In this document: positions 1 through 8,894 of the stretch, piece by piece
Layout: each line of letters begins with the position of its first letter
Position numbering within the stretch: the stretch's first letter is position 1
From: a virus
Taxonomy: Duplodnaviria > Caudoviricetes
Strand: one strand, 5' to 3'
Length of the DNA: 64,000 bases
Virus record (IMG/VR): IMGVR_UViG_3300009148_000002
Span: 10,993-74,992 of that record
Notes under the pieces: generated by a model
Seen by the model: the letters and a program-made list of their open reading frames with translations, nothing else
What the model was told of the DNA's origin: nothing
The model's database searches: none
Program-made: the position numbers and the translations under genes

Positions 1-5
1 TACCT

Positions 6-800
6 GTGAGCAACGTTGGCACCATCGTTTACATTCCTCCGCCACGTTACGGCCACGGTGAGGCGTTCCTGACAAATCTCAGGGCGTGGAAAACGAAATA
101 TCCACTTGTCACGTTCTCAGACCACGCCGAATGGACACCGGATCGCGTCATCCAAAGCCCTGATCTAATCAAAACCAAGCAGCGGCCTTGGGCTGTGAAC
201 AACTTCGTGTTTCTGATGGCGCTGTCGATTGCGGAAGACAGTGGATTCACGGATTTCCTATATCTTGAAGAAGATTGCCGCGTGCATGGCCACGAATGGG
301 ACGAGAGAATAATTGGTGAATATCGTCGCTGGCCGCAAGCCGTTGTGGGCGGCAGTCCGGTGTGCTGGAATTCTATGTCAGCCGGCCCCGTGATGCTCGC
401 TGGGTTTCAAATCTACGCGGCGAGTTACGTCAGGAAATGCAAACTACCTGTGCCGATATACGGCCTTCAAATTCCAAACCGACCGCGAGTGGAGCGGTTC
501 ACACTTTACCCAAACGGAGCGATTGCCGTTTACAACGTCGCGTTTTTGAGAGACTTGTTCAAACAAGGCAGCATGGCTAAGCAAGCTTTAGATCGTGGCG
601 CGTTTGATATGGAAGTGGGTTGGGAGTTGGTAAACAAATTCGGACTTGGGTTGTTTAACAAATGCGCGTGGCTGTCTTCGGCTTTTTCGGGCTATGGTGA
701 CAACGTGCTCAATTACAAACAGCGCTGCGCACGGCTGATTGACGGGACGTTTGCCGCCGTGCATCAGATTAAAACTGATGATACATTGCTGCCCGCATGA
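6..800 (+). CDS. putative glycosyltransferase (GT-A-like)
   Basis: Hydrophobic strand plus acidic motif DFLYLEEDC; first gene of a coupled GT/MTase operon; GTG start at the window edge is uncertain. Confidence 0.55.
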   Translation: MSNVGTIVYIPPPRYGHGEAFLTNLRAWKTKYPLVTFSDHAEWTPDRVIQSPDLIKTKQRPWAVNNFVFLMALSIAEDSGFTDFLYLEEDCRVHGHEWDERIIGEYRRWPQAVVGGSPVCWNSMSAGPVMLAGFQIYAASYVRKCKLPVPIYGLQIPNRPRVERFTLYPNGAIAVYNVAFLRDLFKQGSMAKQALDRGAFDMEVGWELVNKFGLGLFNKCAWLSSAFSGYGDNVLNYKQRCARLIDGTFAAVHQIKTDDTLLPA

Positions 801-1450
801 AAACCAAACTTCTAAACAACGGCATCATGGTTTTGGACGCTGACTCTCACATTAGTAAGTGGGTAGAGGAAACCGGCAAGTTGGACCACGACGAAGGTAT
901 AAAGAAAATCTGTTCGCTTATCAAGCCGGGAGACGTTGTGATTGATGTTGGAGCAAACATTGGTAGTCATACAACGGCCTATTTGAAGGCTGTGGGAGAT
1001 GGCTTAGTTTACGCAATTGAACCAAACAAAGACCCTCTGGCATGTCTGATTCATAATTGCCCACGGGCTGTAATTATTTCCGGCGCGGCGATGGATTTTT
1101 TCGGTCTGATTCGGCTTCAGAGGTCCGTTAATGTGGGAGCAACATGCTTAGATAGTCTGCCGGGTTATGACGCAATCTGCTTTCCGATTTCTGATGTTGT
1201 CCATGCCTCTAAAGTAGCCCTGATTAAATTTGACGTTGAGGGTTGCGAAAGGTTCGCCATCCGTGGGGCTTCTCGCATTATCAGTCGCGACCATCCAGTA
1301 ATGATCGTCGAGGTTGCGCCCGGACATTTGGCTAGGTATGGCGTAACTACTGAAGCCCTATTGAGGACCATCGAAGATTTAGGATACAAAACAGAACCGC
1401 TGCACGCTTTCGACCCACATCAATACGACCTGCTCTGCACACCAAAATGA
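797..1450 (+). CDS. FkbM-family SAM-dependent methyltransferase
   Basis: VIDVGANIGSHT motif I, AIEPN, IKFDVEGCE..I.GA; ATGA overlap with upstream gene. Confidence 0.85.
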   Translation: MKTKLLNNGIMVLDADSHISKWVEETGKLDHDEGIKKICSLIKPGDVVIDVGANIGSHTTAYLKAVGDGLVYAIEPNKDPLACLIHNCPRAVIISGAAMDFFGLIRLQRSVNVGATCLDSLPGYDAICFPISDVVHASKVALIKFDVEGCERFAIRGASRIISRDHPVMIVEVAPGHLARYGVTTEALLRTIEDLGYKTEPLHAFDPHQYDLLCTPK

Positions 1451-2184
1451 AAACCTCCATCCTGTGCGTTTCGTATCGCGGCGATTTCGACTGGCTGCCG
1501 TATTTGCTGAAGTCATATCGCCAATTCTGCTCAGGGTTTCACGAGTTTGTGATGTCCGTGCCGCAAGCCGATGAATCGCTGTTGAGGCAAATGGACCTAG
1601 CTGGCGTGCGCGTAGTTGTGCGCCATCCAAAGATGACTGGCTATTTCGACCAGCAACTAGAGAAGTGCTGCGCCGATCTCTTGTGTCCAGAGGCCGATTG
1701 CGTTTGCCATGTGGATTCCGATTGTGTATTTCTGCGTCCAACTACGCCGGATTCTTTATTCGTGGCCAACAAGCCGTTCTTGCTCATCACTCCATTCGCC
1801 GAGCTTGGAAGCGCCGTGCCGTGGAAACCAAGCACCGAACTGGCTCTTGGAATTCCGGTCGAGTTTGAAGGAATGCGTCGGCATGGGTTAACTTATTGGA
1901 GAGACACCTATCAATTGCTGAGAGAGAGAATCGAGACACTGCACGGCGTTGGATTGGACACGTATCTATCGACAAAGCGCAATTCGGCGGACCACACCAA
2001 GCTGTTCTCTGAGTTCAATTGCCTGACAGGGGCGGCGTTTGCGTGGCAGCACGACAAGTATCACTGGATCGACACAAGTAAAGAGACGTTTCCGCCGCCG
2101 ATTGTTCGGCAGTTCTGGTCGCACCATAGGGCCAGTCATCCAGACGTTCAAAAAGAGATCGCTGACATTTTGAAAACGGCATAA
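1447..2184 (+). CDS. putative glycosyltransferase (DxD)
   Basis: N-terminal ILCVSY strand, HVDSDCVF DxD motif, C-terminal QFWSH; ATGA overlap. Confidence 0.55.
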   Translation: MKTSILCVSYRGDFDWLPYLLKSYRQFCSGFHEFVMSVPQADESLLRQMDLAGVRVVVRHPKMTGYFDQQLEKCCADLLCPEADCVCHVDSDCVFLRPTTPDSLFVANKPFLLITPFAELGSAVPWKPSTELALGIPVEFEGMRRHGLTYWRDTYQLLRERIETLHGVGLDTYLSTKRNSADHTKLFSEFNCLTGAAFAWQHDKYHWIDTSKETFPPPIVRQFWSHHRASHPDVQKEIADILKTA

Positions 2185-2360
2185 TTTATGAACAAAAACC
2201 TAATACTGGTTGGAGTTCGGAAGTGGGCAGATGACGCAAGTTTGCCCAGCCCTGCAACGTGGGTGAGAAATCAAGACATTGCGCGAGTCGGCGGCGCTCG
2301 GCCAGCTTTGTCTTGAATAATGAATCGCCGGGCGTGCGTTGCCACGCCCGGCAAACCTTT

Positions 2361-2738
2361 ATGAGCGCGAACAACGGCAACAGCAAAGCACCAAACTTCC
2401 AAGCCCTGCAACATTTCGTCGGGCAGTTGGTCGAGCAGCAAAAGAAAAGTCAGTTTTCGCTTGGGCCGATTCAGCAGCCGAAGCCGCTCATCATTCGCAA
2501 GTGTTTGGTCTGCGGATCGGGCGACAAGCTTCGCCGAACGAAGACTCCGAACGGTTCTGTCTTTCTGTGTCCGGGTTGCCGGACGGATTTGGAATCTGGC
2601 GGCACAGCGTTCGTGTGTCGAGATGGCCGCTCGCTAATGGCCAAGTCCGGCGCTCCGATTAAGGACAGCATGATCGGCAAGATAGTCGAGGTTTCGGTGG
2701 CCACGATGGATGAGCTTGTAAAGAAAGCTGCAATATGA
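2361..2738 (+). CDS. hypothetical protein with CxxC/CxxC zinc ribbon
   Basis: ATG at 2361 preferred over 2259; CLVC...CPGC. Confidence 0.5.
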   Translation: MSANNGNSKAPNFQALQHFVGQLVEQQKKSQFSLGPIQQPKPLIIRKCLVCGSGDKLRRTKTPNGSVFLCPGCRTDLESGGTAFVCRDGRSLMAKSGAPIKDSMIGKIVEVSVATMDELVKKAAI

Positions 2739-3016
2739 AATCCGAGACACCTAGGACTGATTCAGAAACTCCGTGCTTTGGAGACACTCCGGTATCGAGA
2801 GACTTCGCACGGCAGTTGGAGCGAGAGTTGCACCACGCAAACCATCTTCTCGATTGGGCAGAGAGTATAATTTGTAACGGAATGCCGATGAAGCATTGCT
2901 CGCAATCAGATTGGGATGGATTTGTTCGTAAGTGGAGAGACGCAAAGCACGGCGTCATCACGCCATCGGCCTCACCAGATATTTCGGCTCCAGCTTCCGC
3001 CACTCCGACGTGCTAA
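2735..3016 (+). CDS. hypothetical phage protein
   Basis: ATGA overlap; 'SETPRTD...DFARQLEREL' is a common phage small-protein pattern. Confidence 0.55.
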   Translation: MKSETPRTDSETPCFGDTPVSRDFARQLERELHHANHLLDWAESIICNGMPMKHCSQSDWDGFVRKWRDAKHGVITPSASPDISAPASATPTC

Positions 3017-3710
3017 AGTGGCCGGTTAATCCAACGCGCTCCGCTACCCGCTTGTAATCATCCGGCGTGTTCATGTAGCGCCTCAGAAACCTAAACGGCT
3101 TGCCAGCCTCATGCGCCGTGATTTCGTTGAATAAGGTGTGCTTATCTTTCCACTGTTCTTGCATCAGTTTGGCTACTGATATTTCAACCAGTAGTTCGTG
3201 CCACTTGGTTGCCGTTTTCCAGCAGGTGTCGTAGAAGTTTTTGATGAACGAGGCTTCGATTCGTTGCGGCGCGAAGAACATTACGTCGGTCAGATAGGGA
3301 TAGTGCGCGAAGCCCTTGTGGCCTTTGATCTGAGCGGGCGGCACGCGGCCCGGCAGTGCGCAGAATATCTTCTCGCCGGCGAATATCTGCTCTGCCTTGG
3401 ATTTGATGTCTGGCGATAGGATCAAGAACCTCTGGCTGATTTTGATTGATATGTCCGCGCCGGTTTGCTGGCCGAATGTGATAGCGTTGACGATGGCCTG
3501 AACATCGCCGCCGAAGTGCCCGCGCCGCTCGCGTGATTGGTAGTATGAACAGCCGTGCGCAGCGGTTACGGCTTTGATCTTGGCCGACTCGTAGGATTTG
3601 TCATCACTGACGAGGATCGGGATGTTGCCGAAGACGGCCTTGAGCCAGCGTATGTTGAGATCGACGAAGTGCGGTAACGCATAGCTTCCAAGGCAGGCTG
3701 CGAATTTCAT
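2958..3710 (-). CDS. putative glycosyltransferase (GT2-like)
   Basis: ILVSDDxS motif; 250-aa ORF in GT island. Confidence 0.5.
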   Translation of the reverse strand: MKFAACLGSYALPHFVDLNIRWLKAVFGNIPILVSDDKSYESAKIKAVTAAHGCSYYQSRERRGHFGGDVQAIVNAITFGQQTGADISIKISQRFLILSPDIKSKAEQIFAGEKIFCALPGRVPPAQIKGHKGFAHYPYLTDVMFFAPQRIEASFIKNFYDTCWKTATKWHELLVEISVAKLMQEQWKDKHTLFNEITAHEAGKPFRFLRRYMNTPDDYKRVAERVGLTGHFSTSEWRKLEPKYLVRPMA

Positions 3711-3857
3711 TCAGGCGCATTGTCTTCAAAAATCATTGCCTGAGAAAAAATTGGCGGGGCGAATTCGGTGTCGCGAACAACACTCACACCACCGCACGGC
3801 CTCCATCCATCGGAGAGCAATCTATTAACTTCGTCTTCGAGCACAAGCGGTTCTGAT

Positions 3858-4148
3858 TCACTGAGGATTTTGTATTTCATCTGTCGCTCGTCTCTTTCGT
3901 TTTTTAGGATTCAGCAATGCGCGAGCGTCGTTGATCGTGCTCCAGTTTAAGTCCTGATGAACCGGGATGCGTGCTGCTGCGACCTCGGCCCATGCGATTG
4001 TTCTCTGCAACATGCTACGTAATTGCCGCTTGTCTTTAGCAAGCGATTTTATTTCGCAGCGGCAAGCAGGACACGCCAAGCAAACGCATTTGCCGTGTGA
4101 TATTTTCTCGAAGTGTTTTATTGGAGAATTTCTTGGTGCCGGTGTCAT
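3858..4148 (-). CDS. hypothetical protein
   Basis: ATGA-coupled to upstream minus-strand ORF; Cys cluster. Confidence 0.4.
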   Translation of the reverse strand: MTPAPRNSPIKHFEKISHGKCVCLACPACRCEIKSLAKDKRQLRSMLQRTIAWAEVAAARIPVHQDLNWSTINDARALLNPKKRKRRATDEIQNPQ

Positions 4149-4336
4149 AAAAGTTTCATTCCCTCTCTCATCGCCGCGAAGTCCTGTCGATATTCCGGCG
4201 TGACGTTCTCAACGTCCTCGATGCTGTCCGCTTCAAGATCGCGCTTCGTCGATTCGTCCACCCATCTCAACGCGGCATCGAGCGCGGATTTGAGAACCGC
4301 GTTCTGCGCACGAAGCTCTGAGTGGTCAGGATTCAT
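4145..4336 (-). CDS. hypothetical protein
   Basis: Coupled overlaps on both sides. Confidence 0.5.
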   Translation of the reverse strand: MNPDHSELRAQNAVLKSALDAALRWVDESTKRDLEADSIEDVENVTPEYRQDFAAMREGMKLL

Positions 4337-4629
4337 TTACACGGCACGATCATTACGTGGAACAATTCGCCCTGAATGCTGTTCGCAATGTGATGCCGCC
4401 GCAACTCCGTCAGCAATCGCGCTTCGCACATCGGCATAGACTCGGATGAGTCGATAGCGAACTCTGCCATGATGACCACTCGCCTTGAAGCCGGCTTGGC
4501 AAACCACGGGTCTGGCGTCGGCAGTGTCCAAGGTTGAGGTTGAGGCGTTGTGGAGCAGCCGCAGAGAAGCATGACCGACATGGCGATTAGGATTCGTTGC
4601 ACGTCATCTTTCCGAACTCGCGTCGCCAT
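4333..4629 (-). CDS. small putative lipoprotein
   Basis: Hydrophobic stretch ending LLCGC then Pro-rich segment; start uncertain. Confidence 0.45.
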   Translation of the reverse strand: MATRVRKDDVQRILIAMSVMLLCGCSTTPQPQPWTLPTPDPWFAKPASRRVVIMAEFAIDSSESMPMCEARLLTELRRHHIANSIQGELFHVMIVPCK

Positions 4630-5507
4630 TCGTCGGCAAACTCGCAGTTCTCGTAGCCCGGAATGTTAGGAGTCCCAAGAGTCATGTGTACAAGTTTAGG
4701 TCGCTCAATCTTCGGACTAACGCCAACGAGATAATTCCACTCCAACGGAAGCTCTCCGATTTCATCGTCCTTCAGCCACTTGAAAGCGTGCAGGTCGCGT
4801 CCCGGCCATGTGTTCAAGGCTTCGAGCGTGAGGTGCTGGTTGGCTGGGTGGGTAACATTCCACAAGACTACGCTGCTCCAATTCTTTCTGGAGTAGAAAG
4901 TCTGAAGCTGGTTATCCATCTTTTTGATCTCGTCTGGAAATACAGCCTTGCCTGTTTTCTCCACGGCTTGCGGGCCATGCTTCTCGCACTTGATTACCGA
5001 AGCTCCCGCGACGCTTTCCTTGATGAATTTGATCTTGCACCCGCATTTGAGCCAGCCCTCTACGTATCCATACTGGTCGCAATTGTGCTTAACCACTAAC
5101 ACGGCGTATTTGTCATCGGCGAGGGCGAACAAGTCGTTGACATCTGCCAAAAGTAAAACGTCGCAATCCACGAACAACGCCCACGCATCGGTCGTGAACG
5201 GCTGACGAAACTTGCTGCCGTCAACGCGACTGAATTCAATATCGTGCAGTTCCGGCTTGTGGATGAAAGGCACGCAGAATCGCGAGATGGCGAACTCAGT
5301 GGCCATTGGCGCTTGGCTTATCGGGCAGTACAGCCGCCCATCTTTCTTCTCAATCGGTCGGGTTAGGATTCCCGCATTGCGCACTTCATCGAGTTTCAGA
5401 GGGCGAATATCGACCGACCGACAGGCGCGAGCGCGAATCGAATACTCCGCCACGTCGTAAGCGACTTTCTCCCTAGGATCGTAGCCGATGTAGATGGTGT
5501 TGATCAT
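4587..5507 (-). CDS. GT8-like phage glycosyltransferase
   Basis: IYIGYDPRE, TEFAISRF, ALFVDCD (DxD), RKNWSSV, EWNYLVG, VHMTLGTP: motif series of the common phage GT8-like family. Confidence 0.8.
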   Translation of the reverse strand: MINTIYIGYDPREKVAYDVAEYSIRARACRSVDIRPLKLDEVRNAGILTRPIEKKDGRLYCPISQAPMATEFAISRFCVPFIHKPELHDIEFSRVDGSKFRQPFTTDAWALFVDCDVLLLADVNDLFALADDKYAVLVVKHNCDQYGYVEGWLKCGCKIKFIKESVAGASVIKCEKHGPQAVEKTGKAVFPDEIKKMDNQLQTFYSRKNWSSVVLWNVTHPANQHLTLEALNTWPGRDLHAFKWLKDDEIGELPLEWNYLVGVSPKIERPKLVHMTLGTPNIPGYENCEFADEWRREFGKMTCNES

Positions 5508-5700
5508 TTCCTCATGTAGTCGTGCGATGTCCTGACGATGTGAGATACCGCATTGGCGCTTAATCCGAGCTTGGCTCCGATCTCGCGATTAAGCTTGCCA
5601 GCATTTTTAAGCCTCCAAAGGAGCTTGAATTCCTTAGTCGTTAGTTTCTTCATTCCGGCTAACCTGACTCAACGCCAACCAAAGTCAAGCCGCAATTGTG

Positions 5701-7074
5701 TCAGGCTGGAGCCGTCTGCTTCACTGACGCAACCGCCTTGGCAACGACGGCCTTCTTCACCTTCTGCCGTGCCGCAACAATAACGTGAATCATCGGTGCT
5801 CTCACTATCATGGCATCGCTCGCCACGATGAAGTATTTCGAGAGTTCGGCCCTCCACCATTCGGCATCTTTCTGAATCAGGTGCGCGTTTCGCCCATCCG
5901 CTAGGAATTTCTTGGACGGAGCCATGTTGATGATGAAGTAGCCGACGCGCTTGACGCAGCGTTTCAAGTCGGACAGCACGTATTCGAGTTTGTCTGGCTC
6001 AATGTGTTCGAGCACGTCGCTGCAAACCACAAGATCGGCAGGGCGCGGCGGTTCTTCCTTGCCGGGGATACATGGGTCGAATTCCCAAATTGGCCAGGGT
6101 AATGCCTTAGCGAGCATTCCTTTTCCGCAACCAAAATCAAGGACACTTAACACCGGACACTCATCCGTCTTCAGCTTCTCAACGAGCTTGATAACCGTCT
6201 CCGCATGTCGCCCGCCGCCAATGCCGTAGCAAATGTCATCCGCGTGGAGCTTCTTGTTGAGTTCGCAATAGTCAGAGGAAATCAGCGTCGGCTTGCTGAA
6301 GCTCACGAAGCCTTTCTTGTCATTCTTGCGAACGTAGTTGCGGGCGAGATGTTGAACCAACCCTTCGCCGTAAAACTTCACCGTCACGTCCGGCATCATG
6401 TCCAGTTCGTGAAACGTGTTCTTGGCAGGCTCCAACATGGCGGGCGTGGTGATGTATTCCTTGCCGTCGTATTCGAGCTTGTAAGAATCCTTCGGCTGGT
6501 TCGGATGCTCGGCGGCGTGCTTACCGTATTTCTCACTCTGGTTGCCGTCCATGCCAAAGACATGCAGATCGGTGAATCCAAGGAAGCGGGCCATCGTCAG
6601 CGTGCGAACGCCTGCGCTACAGCCTCCAGTTAGCGCGTGCTCTCCGTGAGGCAACAAGCGCAACCCATCTTCACTTGTGTCGAAGATGTGCCAGAGCTTC
6701 ACGTTGTAACCAGACAGATGCTCGATGAGCTTGGGTGAGCACGTCGAGGCGATGAGATATTCGGTTTCCTTTTGCGGCTGCCCAATGAGCTTGATTTTGT
6801 GTTCTCGCGGGTCAACGTCGATGTGCCACGTCGGAATGATTCCACGATCCACAAGAAACTTGTGAGCACCGGAACAGGTCAGCACGTACTTGAACTTCTT
6901 GATTTCCTCCCAAGTGTCGTTGAGCGATGGCCCGAAGTTGACGAGCGCAATCGGATCGGTGCGTTTTTCCAAGTGCGGCGTGACGCGCTCTTTGACGCGG
7001 GCGGTGTTCGATTTTATCTGTAAATCACGAAAATCGTGGGACACGCAGTAACCGATCTTTAGCGGTTCTTCCAT
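5701..7074 (-). CDS. MptE/Maf (DUF115)-like domain fused to class I SAM methyltransferase
   Basis: N-half: NFGPSL, TCSGAH, IDVDPR, ASTCSP, GFTDLHVFGMD; C-half: VLDFGCGKG, DVLEHIE. ATG 7074 preferred; track extends to 7125. Confidence 0.72.
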   Translation of the reverse strand: MEEPLKIGYCVSHDFRDLQIKSNTARVKERVTPHLEKRTDPIALVNFGPSLNDTWEEIKKFKYVLTCSGAHKFLVDRGIIPTWHIDVDPREHKIKLIGQPQKETEYLIASTCSPKLIEHLSGYNVKLWHIFDTSEDGLRLLPHGEHALTGGCSAGVRTLTMARFLGFTDLHVFGMDGNQSEKYGKHAAEHPNQPKDSYKLEYDGKEYITTPAMLEPAKNTFHELDMMPDVTVKFYGEGLVQHLARNYVRKNDKKGFVSFSKPTLISSDYCELNKKLHADDICYGIGGGRHAETVIKLVEKLKTDECPVLSVLDFGCGKGMLAKALPWPIWEFDPCIPGKEEPPRPADLVVCSDVLEHIEPDKLEYVLSDLKRCVKRVGYFIINMAPSKKFLADGRNAHLIQKDAEWWRAELSKYFIVASDAMIVRAPMIHVIVAARQKVKKAVVAKAVASVKQTAPA

Positions 7075-7103
7075 CGTCAGCCGCTTATCTTTAGTTGTTT
7101 CGC

Positions 7104-8279
7104 TCACGATATTATGGTTCCCCAAGAACGGGCTTTGACGGGAACGGCTGCAACCTCAGCGAATTCCGCCTCAATCATAGTGCACATAAGGCTCTTGTCT
7201 GGATTGGCGTCCGTGGCGAAGCCGTAGCGAAAGCGGATGTTGTTGAAGTTGCCCGCGCCGGAAAGCGTCCACGCTCCGCCAGTCGGGGCGAGAGCGTAAT
7301 GCTTGCGCTTGTAAATGCCTGTCGTCGTTCCAGCCACGGCAGTCCCATCGTAAACAGTATCCACCGTGCCATTGTCGTTTAATTTGAAAATCTCATCGGA
7401 TGCGCCCGTGCCTGCGGCGAAGAATTCTGCTATCACTTCCACACCCCTAGGCGCAACAGTCGGCGTGCTGATGCCGGATGCCGGCCCGTACACGCACTCG
7501 ACGTAATCGGTGACGTTCGGCGGGGCCACGATCCGAATGTGATCGTCCGTGTCAGGCGTCGTATCATCGAGCGGAACTTCATCAACGAGTTGATAGGCTG
7601 TGGTGGTGGCATTGGTGATGTCCGTGGTGGTATCGCCTCGCCGGAAGTCCGCCGCGCTAGCCACATTGTGCGTGCCGTCGGATGTGGGCACGAAATGGTT
7701 CACGTAACCCGCGCCGATTGGATAGTCAGCGGCGGTGCCGGACAAAACAAAATCATCAATAAAATAATCCGCCGTTATGTTGTTGCACAAGAATGCCAGC
7801 GAGGCTGCCGCAATGCTAACTGAAGTCGTCTGCCCTAAATCCGTGCCATCAACTTTTGCATCGAATGCTTTTACACCGGCTGTCATATCGAACTTGAAAT
7901 CAATCCGATACCACACGCCGGTCGTAACGCTCACTCCTGACGCACCAAACGAAGCGGGGTTGCTACCAGTACCGCAGTAGAGTTTTGTATCCGATTGATT
8001 AAATGCCAACCCGCCAATGAGAGATTGACCGAACAAGTAAGTATTCGCGCTGGGGAGTGTGGCAAAGCGGATGTAAAACCGCCCAACTGAAACTGTCGGA
8101 ACAGTAATGTTAACATTTGCTGTTTTGGAAGAGCCGGAAGGATTGACACGCAGGGATCGGTTGCCCGTGCGAACGGTCGTCGTAGATATAGCGCAGTCAG
8201 TCGCCCAATGTTGGCCTACAGCCCCGCCAACCGAACCAAGCTGGCCGCATTCAAATCCGCAACACAGGACAGAATTCAC
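7104..8279 (-). CDS. virion structural protein, concanavalin/LamG-like beta-sandwich
   Basis: CGFECG start, TTGVWYRIDFKFD and YFIDDFVL beta-sandwich motifs, Thr/Gly-rich; GTG 8279 preferred start. Confidence 0.55.
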   Translation of the reverse strand: MNSVLCCGFECGQLGSVGGAVGQHWATDCAISTTTVRTGNRSLRVNPSGSSKTANVNITVPTVSVGRFYIRFATLPSANTYLFGQSLIGGLAFNQSDTKLYCGTGSNPASFGASGVSVTTGVWYRIDFKFDMTAGVKAFDAKVDGTDLGQTTSVSIAAASLAFLCNNITADYFIDDFVLSGTAADYPIGAGYVNHFVPTSDGTHNVASAADFRRGDTTTDITNATTTAYQLVDEVPLDDTTPDTDDHIRIVAPPNVTDYVECVYGPASGISTPTVAPRGVEVIAEFFAAGTGASDEIFKLNDNGTVDTVYDGTAVAGTTTGIYKRKHYALAPTGGAWTLSGAGNFNNIRFRYGFATDANPDKSLMCTMIEAEFAEVAAVPVKARSWGTIIS

Positions 8280-8319
8280 TTGACAATATGTCGCGTCATG
8301 GTTTAGGCTGTGATTCGTG

Positions 8320-8886
8320 ATGACGATACACGAACAACGAGAGGCGTGGCGCAAGGCCACAAAGGCTTATCGGCAAAGAAACAAAACAAATCCTGAATGG
8401 CTCGAAAGACGTAGAGCTAAATGGCGCACCGGAAAACCACTCGGAAGACCTCCGATTCCTCTCTCGGTGCGAATCTGGAAACATGTGCAAAAGACGGATG
8501 GTTGCTGGATTTGGACAGGTGCAATTGATCGAAACGGCTATGGGCAAACCTCCAGCGAAAGGCCGCGTAAAAGCTTGAAATCCCACCGAGCGATGTACGA
8601 ACTTTTGGTTGGCCCAATTCCAGACGGTCTTCAACTGGATCACATTTGCCACAACATTGACAAATCTTGCCAAGGCGGCTCTACATGCCTTCATCGCCGT
8701 TGCGTAAATCCGGCGCACTTGGAACCAGTAACAAGCCAAACCAATATTATTCGCGGCCTCGGTCCTAACATCTCCGGCCTCCGTAATGCAATTAAGACCC
8801 ACTGTCCTCATGGCCATCCGTACGATGCGATCAATACCCGCGTCGATAAGGTTGGCCGGCGTCATTGCAAGGCGTGCCACGGTTGA
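8320..8886 (+). CDS. HNH homing endonuclease (antisense to tail operon)
   Basis: CWIWTG..D.NGYG, HRAMY, QLDHIC, CVNPAHLEPVT..N, KTHCPHGH, CKAC. Confidence 0.9.
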   Translation: MTIHEQREAWRKATKAYRQRNKTNPEWLERRRAKWRTGKPLGRPPIPLSVRIWKHVQKTDGCWIWTGAIDRNGYGQTSSERPRKSLKSHRAMYELLVGPIPDGLQLDHICHNIDKSCQGGSTCLHRRCVNPAHLEPVTSQTNIIRGLGPNISGLRNAIKTHCPHGHPYDAINTRVDKVGRRHCKACHG

Positions 8887-8894
8887 GTAATTCA

